Assembly: GCA_002269645.1 (NCBI GenBank)
Contig: NIVC01002157.1
Span: 1-64,000, forward strand
From: Macrostomum lignano
Lineage: Eukaryota
Length of the DNA: 64,000 nt
Direction of reading: 5' to 3'
Translations under genes and position numbers: made by a program
The notes under the pieces: model-generated
Databases searched by the model: none
What the model saw: only the letters and a program-made list of their open reading frames with translations
What the model was told of the DNA's origin: nothing
Shown here: positions 60,101 through 64,000 of the stretch, in pieces
Layout: each line of letters opens with the position of its first letter
How positions within the stretch are numbered: position 1 is the stretch's first letter

Positions 60101-60255
60101 CTCGCTTGCGGAGCTACGCCGACCAGCTGGCCGACTGGCTGGCCGACCGCGGCCGGCCGGGCTTCCCGCTGCTGCCGCTGTCGGCCGGAGCCAAGCTGTC
60201 GCTCACTGCGGTGGTCAGGAGACTCACAGAACTTGCCGATAAGGTGCAGGGGTAG
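28803..60255 (+). CDS. UBE2O: UBE2O (E2-230K) E2/E3 hybrid ubiquitin-conjugating enzyme, 10 exons, 1312 aa
   Basis: Exons 28803-29258, 30024-30130, 32018-32428, 35918-36493, 43134-43560, 46544-46912, 47846-48379, 57644-57832, 58939-59451 and 59899-60255. All GT-AG with matching phases (0,2,2,2,0,0,0,0,0); 3939 nt. Motifs [38 protein letters not shown], and a UBC domain ([67 protein letters not shown]) with the catalytic Cys. Confidence 0.93.
29325..29845. repeat. 22-bp minisatellite in UBE2O intron 1
   Basis: ATTTCCCATCGTACATGGTAGG units with an internal duplicated block. Confidence 0.9.
29884..29981 (-). mobile_element. tRNA-derived SINE 5' fragment
   Basis: AAGTGTCTTGCTCAAGGACACAAATTGTT...GAATCGAACCCCCGACCTTC...CTCTAACCACTAGG. 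Confidence 0.85.
30690..31886. repeat. 34-bp minisatellite in UBE2O intron 2
   Basis: About 35 copies of AGCTGGTCATTGTGCAGGGTCCTCACCTTCATGT. Confidence 0.97.
32419..32955 (+). repeat. 53-bp minisatellite whose unit contains the exon-3 5' splice site
   Basis: About 10 copies of GCTTTGC|GTGAGTCCGCATCTGTCTGCGTGGGTCCAAGTGGGTCAAGGATGCA; the donor hexamer recurs every 53 nt from 32429 to 32906. Confidence 0.95.
33490..33630. repeat. 24-bp minisatellite in UBE2O intron 3
   Basis: About 5 copies of GGTCCTTCGGTTGAGCCGCCCTAT. Confidence 0.8.
34751..35803. repeat. 62-bp minisatellite in UBE2O intron 3
   Basis: About 17 copies of AAAAGCCCCCTGTAAACTGAGTACACAGAGCTGCAGTTCACCCTGCTGTGGTAGGGTAGCGT. Confidence 0.97.
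36629..40366 (-). CDS. Retrotransposon ORF2: AP endonuclease, reverse transcriptase, RNase H and CCHC finger (about 1246 aa after three single-base frame corrections)
   Basis: [30 protein letters not shown] (APE); PKPGK..FRPISL, F(L)[21 protein letters not shown] (RT); YTDGS, EVLAI, SDSQAAL, WVPGH..GNELAD (RNase H); [14 protein letters not shown]. -1 shifts near 40304, 38877 and 38614. Confidence 0.9.
40406..41909 (-). CDS. Retrotransposon ORF1 (gag-like, DUF4780-type by eye; about 501 aa after two single-base frame corrections)
   Basis: [10 protein letters not shown]..., basic/Ala-rich linker, [13 protein letters not shown]; -1 shift at the C5 run 40938-40942 restores [22 protein letters not shown]; probable second shift at the C7 run 40507-40513 gives an acidic end [16 protein letters not shown]. 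Confidence 0.75.
42715..43030. repeat. 46-bp minisatellite in UBE2O intron 4
   Basis: About 6 copies of AATCTCAAATACAGTGTGACTTCACACCTTCACTCCACAGCACACT. Confidence 0.85.
44037..44096 (-). pseudogene. GNB1: Orphan G-protein beta subunit exon fragment (20 codons) preceded by its 3' splice site
   Basis: CCCAACATCCCAG|TTC TTC CCC AGC GGC AAC GCC TTC GCC ACC GGC TCG GAC GAC GCC ACC TGT CGC CTA TTC = [20 protein letters not shown], versus human GNB1 234-253 [20 protein letters not shown] (19/20). It then breaks into TTAGTGTCTG repeats. Confidence 0.85.
44145..45945. repeat. Complex (GACA)n/GACACTAAG array with an 854-bp higher-order duplication
   Basis: Identical repeat-derived ORFs at 44264/45118 and 44514/45368, offset by 854 nt. 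Confidence 0.95.
46925..47790. repeat. Minisatellite of about 32 bp filling UBE2O intron 6
   Basis: About 26 copies of GCAGTCTGTAGTTGCTGTCACGGTGATTTTT(T). Confidence 0.95.
48515..49225. repeat. 21-bp minisatellite in UBE2O intron 7
   Basis: About 33 copies of GGGATTCTTAGTTTTGAGGTT. Confidence 0.95.
49845..50140. repeat. 22-bp minisatellite in UBE2O intron 7
   Basis: About 12 copies of CTCTGGAGCTTCTAGTATTCCC. Confidence 0.9.
51103..52450. repeat. 38-bp minisatellite in UBE2O intron 7
   Basis: About 35 copies of CAAGACTTCAAGCTAAGGAGATTGCTATCAAGTTATCT. Confidence 0.97.
55405..56094 (-). CDS. Neuropeptide prohormone, 229 aa: signal peptide, acidic spacer and 16 amidated peptides (13 FTPLRamide, 2 FTLLRamide, 1 FSFTPLRamide); nested antisense in UBE2O intron 7
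   Basis: Hydrophobic N-terminus [25 protein letters not shown]; D/E-rich propeptide; peptides flanked by KR/KK dibasic sites with a Gly amidation donor (last copy GK). Acceptor-like TTTTCTGTTCAG just upstream of the ATG; AATAAA at 55087-55092 (minus strand). Confidence 0.93.
   Translation of the reverse strand: MKPRCKYAQYVAILVSLAVFSTAYATSTEQKQEQHQPEALTGENEPSEFEVRNLMQALSEVNSPTAYDREPYYDQEDDGEEQELDDESSNDKRFTPLRGKRFTPLRGKRFTPLRGKRFTPLRGKKFTPLRGKKFTPLRGKKFTPLRGKKFTLLRGKKFTPLRGKRFTPLRGKRFTPLRGKRFTPLRGKRFTLLRGKKFTPLRGKRFTPLRGKRFSFTPLRGKMFDELQD
57848..58886. repeat. Minisatellite (23-bp grading into about 41-bp units) filling UBE2O intron 8
   Basis: GATAGGCAATGATGGACAATGGTAGCTAA, then AGGATAGACAATGAAAGCTAGGGATATGGACAAGGACAGCT units. 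Confidence 0.95.
59515..59880. repeat. Minisatellite of about 33 bp in UBE2O intron 9
   Basis: AAAATCCCAGATCCTCATTAAAATCCCAATCTG-like units. Confidence 0.9.
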
Positions 60256-60309
60256 CGATGAAGATGCTGATATGGTTCTCTGTGTCTCTGAGGGTTGGGA
60301 GCAACTGGG

Positions 60310-61580
60310 AAATGGATTGCTAATCTAGCCAACTGGATTATTGTGGATTGCTAATCTAGGCAACTGGATTATAGTGGATTGCTAATCTAGCCAACTGGAT
60401 TATTGTGGATTGCTAATCTACCCAACTGGATTAGAGTGGATTGCTAATCTAGCCAACTGGATTATTGTGGATTGCTAATCTAGCCAACTGGATTATAGTG
60501 GATTGCTAATCTAGCCAACTGGATTATTGTGGATTGCTAATCTAGGCAACTGGATTATAGTGGATTGCTAATCTAGCCAACTGGATTATTGTGGATTGCT
60601 AATCTACCCAACTGGATTAGAGTGGATTGCTAATCTAGCCAACTGGATTATTGTGGATTGCTAATCTAGCCAACTGGATTATAGTGGATTGCTAATCTAG
60701 CCAACTGGATTATTGTGGATTGCTAATCTACCCAACTGGATTAGAGTGGATTGCTAATCTAGCCAACTGGATTATTGTGGATTGCTAATCTAGGCAACTG
60801 GATTAGAGTGGATTGCTAATCTAGCCAACTAGATTATTGTGGATTGCTAATCTATCCAACTGGATTAGAGTGGATTTCTAATCTAGCCAACTGGATTAGA
60901 ATTGATTATAGTGGATTGCTAATCTATCCAACTGGATTAGGAATTGATTGCTAATCTATCCTACTGGATTAGGAATGGATTGCTACTCTATCCAACTGGA
61001 TTAGAGTGGATTGCTAATTTATCCAACTGGATTATAGTGGATTGCTAATATAGGCAACTGGATTAGAGTGGACTGCTAATCTAGGCAACAGGATTAGAGT
61101 GGATTGCTAATCTAGCCAACTGGATTAGAGTTGATTAGAGTGGATTGCTAATCTATCCCACTGGATTAGAGTGGATTGCTAATCTATCCAACCGGATTAA
61201 AGTGGATTGCTAATCTAGGCAACTGGATTAGAGTGGATGGTTAATTTAGCCAAATGGATTAGAGTTGATTAGAGTGGATTGCTAATCTATCCCACTGGAT
61301 TAGAGTGGATTGCTAATCTAGCCAACTGGATTAGGAATGGATTGCTGCTCTATCCAACAGGATTAGAGTGGATTGCTAATCTAGCCAACTGGATTAGAGT
61401 TGATTAGAGTGGATTGCTAATCTATCCCACTGGATTAGAGTGGATTGCTAATCTATCCCACTGGATTAGAGTGGATTGCTAATCTATCCAACCGGATTAA
61501 AGTGGATTGCTAATCTAGGCAACTGGATTAGAGTGGATTGCTAATCTAGGCAACTGGATTATAGTGGATTGCTAATCTAA
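60310..61580. repeat. 31-bp minisatellite starting 55 nt after the UBE2O stop codon
   Basis: About 40 copies of GTGGATTGCTAATCTAGCCAACTGGATTA(TT/GA). Confidence 0.95.
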
Positions 61581-62174
61581 CGCAGTAGATTTCTCTATAA
61601 AACAATTATTTTGATGGATTAGCACTGATTTCTCTGTTCTATCAATTTTTGTCACCGAATACTGAGAGCCGGAGACACAGCTCAATGCCAGAGCTTCCAT
61701 TGCGCCAGTTGGGTCCCCAGTTTTGCCTTGTATCTCGGCGCCTTAATTAACCTGATGCCGCCTGTAGCCTGTAGCATGTCGGCTTGGTTAAACAATGGCT
61801 TTTTTATCTCTTGGAACGGTCTTTCCTCAATCAGCACCCGCCACTCTGTCCCGTCTCGGAAAGCAGCCTTTCCGCTTCAGCAATTATAATTGCTTTACTA
61901 TATAATATCTATAAAAGAAAGTTATCTATTTTTACTGCGAGCTATTTTCTTATCATATTCAGCGCGCACTACTCATCGGTCATTTTATTCAGTAGCCTGT
62001 TTTGAACTGCGATCGAGCAGAATGAGAGTTGGTCAACTGTTATTGTTATTATTGTGTAATTGCATATTTTCCCATTGCCTAAACGCCCCCCATCTCTTTT
62101 GAATCCCGTTCGGTGCTCTGCTCTCTCTCCATCCAGCTTCTTCGCTCTTTAACATTGTTGTTTTCCTTTGTCAG

Positions 62175-62870
62175 ATAGGGAATCTCCGGGGTGAGATTTC
62201 CGATCTAGTAAGTCTCCAGGGGTGAGATTTCCGATCTAGTAGGTCTTCGGGATGAGATTTCCGATCTAGTAAGTCTCTATGGGGAGATTTCCGATCTAGT
62301 AAGTCTCCAGGGTGAGATTTCCGATCTAGTAAGTCTTCGGGATGAGATTTCCGATCTAGTAGGTCTTCGGGATGAGATTTCCGATCTAGTAAGTCTCTAT
62401 GGGGAGATTTCCGATCTAGTAAGTCTCCAGGGTGAGATTTCCGATCTAGTAAGTCTTCGGGATGAGATTTCCGATCTAGTAAGTCTTCGGGATGAGATTC
62501 CGATCTAGTAAGTCTCCTGGAGGGTGAGATTTCCGATCTAGTAGGTCTTCGGGATGAGATTTCCGATCTAGTAAGTCTCCAGGGTGAGATTTCCGATCTA
62601 GTAAGTCTTCGGGATGAGATTTCCGATCTAGTAAGTCTTCGGGATGAGATTCCGATCTAGTAAGTCTCCTGGAGGGTGAGATTTCCGATCTAGTAGGTCT
62701 TCGGGATGAGATTTCCGATCTAGTAAGTCTCTATGGGGAGATATCCGATCTAGTAAGTCTCTATGGGGAGATTTCCGATCTAGTAAGTCTCCTGGGGTGA
62801 GATTTCCGATCTAGTAAGTCATCGGGATGAGATTTCCGATCTAGTAAGTCTCCTGGAGGGTGAGATTTTC
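62175..62870. repeat. 30-bp minisatellite
   Basis: About 23 copies of GAGATTTCCGATCTAGTAAGTCTCCAGGGT. Confidence 0.95.
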
Positions 62871-63330
62871 AATTTTAAGATTTTCGAAGATATTCAGGGC
62901 TGAGATTTCCTAGGAGTGAGATTTCCAATCTACCCAATAGGCAAAGCATTTCCACTGCAAAGTCACTGCGTTATGCCATGGCTTTATTTTGTTTAAATTT
63001 AACTACCATAATTAAGAAGCACGGCGCTTAATACTTCCCTGCTAATTATTACGCCCTGATTATGCTCCCACACGCACAAGCGCTTAGCATGACTATAAAT
63101 TGGCTGAATCATCTGCACTCTGAACTGCTTCTGCAGCTGTTTTAAGATCACTTTATTGCACTGTTGTTAGGCCTGCGAAAATGTCTTCATTATATTACTG
63201 AATACAGTAGACTGTAAAGCGTATAAAATGGCATCAAGAACTGTTTTTTCATTGTTTCGGTTTCTGGCGTTTTTGATTATAAAAACACCTGTTGAATTTT
63301 GCGTTGGTTCGTTTTTTCCTAGCTTTCTGA

Positions 63331-63510
63331 AAGGTCGGGGGTTCGATTCTCGACTCGCCCGGAACAATTTGTGTCCTTGACAAGACACTTAACTCTGCAT
63401 TGCTTCAGTTCACCCAGCTGTAAAATGGGTGCCAGCATTAGCTGGGGTAATTGAGGCTGTGTGTGGCGATCCCCCAGTCCTTGGACTGAACAGCCGTACG
63501 CAGCCTTCAC
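63331..63510 (+). mobile_element. tRNA-derived SINE copy (truncated at both ends)
   Basis: GGTTCGATTCTCGACTC...GAACAATTTGTGTCCTTGACAAGACACTTAAC...CCCAGCTGTAAAATGGGTG...CCCAGTCCTTGGACTGAACAGCCGTACGCAGCCTTCA matches 3972-4243. Confidence 0.88.
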
Positions 63511-64000
63511 ATGCGCCGCGCAATACAATAAGGCAAATGACAGTAAGTCGGTACACAGTTTAGATACTATGCATACAAATACACTATTATTAATAATATG
63601 CATTTTTATATTTGAGTTGGTAACGATGAAGGGCAAACTGGGGGTGCAGGCTACACAGAAAGGAGCAGCTCACCTTGCTTGAAAAATGGCTCAGAGAGCG
63701 GTGCATCTCAGCGGCCGCAATCAACTTTGCTGAGAAAAAATACTAAGGGCTACAGCAGCTCCAGTTTTGTGAGCAGGCAATGGTTGGGTGTTGAGGCTTT
63801 TTAAGTATTTGGAAAAGCATTTGAGAATTGCTTCCAGCGCTGCTCGCAAAAGCATGTAAAAATTGACAGCAGTTTCATTTACGGACGCATGCGCTTGTCA
63901 AAGTGAATTGTGTTCGATTGATTACGTAATATATTACCATCTTTAAGCGGATTTTACAGTTCGTATGCAAGACAGTAATTAGGGTAGACAAAGAAGACAT

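Noticed and set aside
25113-62870. Regular direct-repeat arrays (23-62 bp) as CRISPR arrays
   Set aside because: Units are head-to-tail with no unique spacers, there are no cas genes, and the context is eukaryotic spliced genes.

Overview
Animal (metazoan) genomic DNA. The GC-rich exons with poly-A/Q/G tracts, minisatellite-filled introns and a multi-copy amidated-peptide precursor suggest a Macrostomum-like free-living flatworm (inference only). Hand-built spliced gene models: three tandem minus-strand genes, NLE1/Notchless (12019-9353), a JIP1/MAPK8IP-like SH3-PTB scaffold (about 8.9 kb-4470) and the 5' part of an APPL-like BAR adaptor (2423 to beyond base 1); a single-exon SAMD3-like/BEN-like ORF (21508-22683, +); and a 10-exon UBE2O E2/E3 hybrid ubiquitin-conjugating gene (28803-60255, +, 1312 aa). 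UBE2O introns host a full-length LOA-like non-LTR retrotransposon with a 12-bp TSD, an orphan G-protein-beta exon fragment with its splice acceptor, an antisense nested neuropeptide precursor predicted to release 16 FTPLRamide-type peptides, and a different minisatellite in nearly every intron. The 12-21 kb block is AT-rich and almost free of CpG. It contains a mariner relic whose differences from the family consensus are mostly C>T/G>A at CpG and CpA/TpG (five Trp TGG>TAG), a RIP-like or methylation-driven hypermutation signature not expected in an animal. All coordinates and counts were derived by eye; no searches were run.
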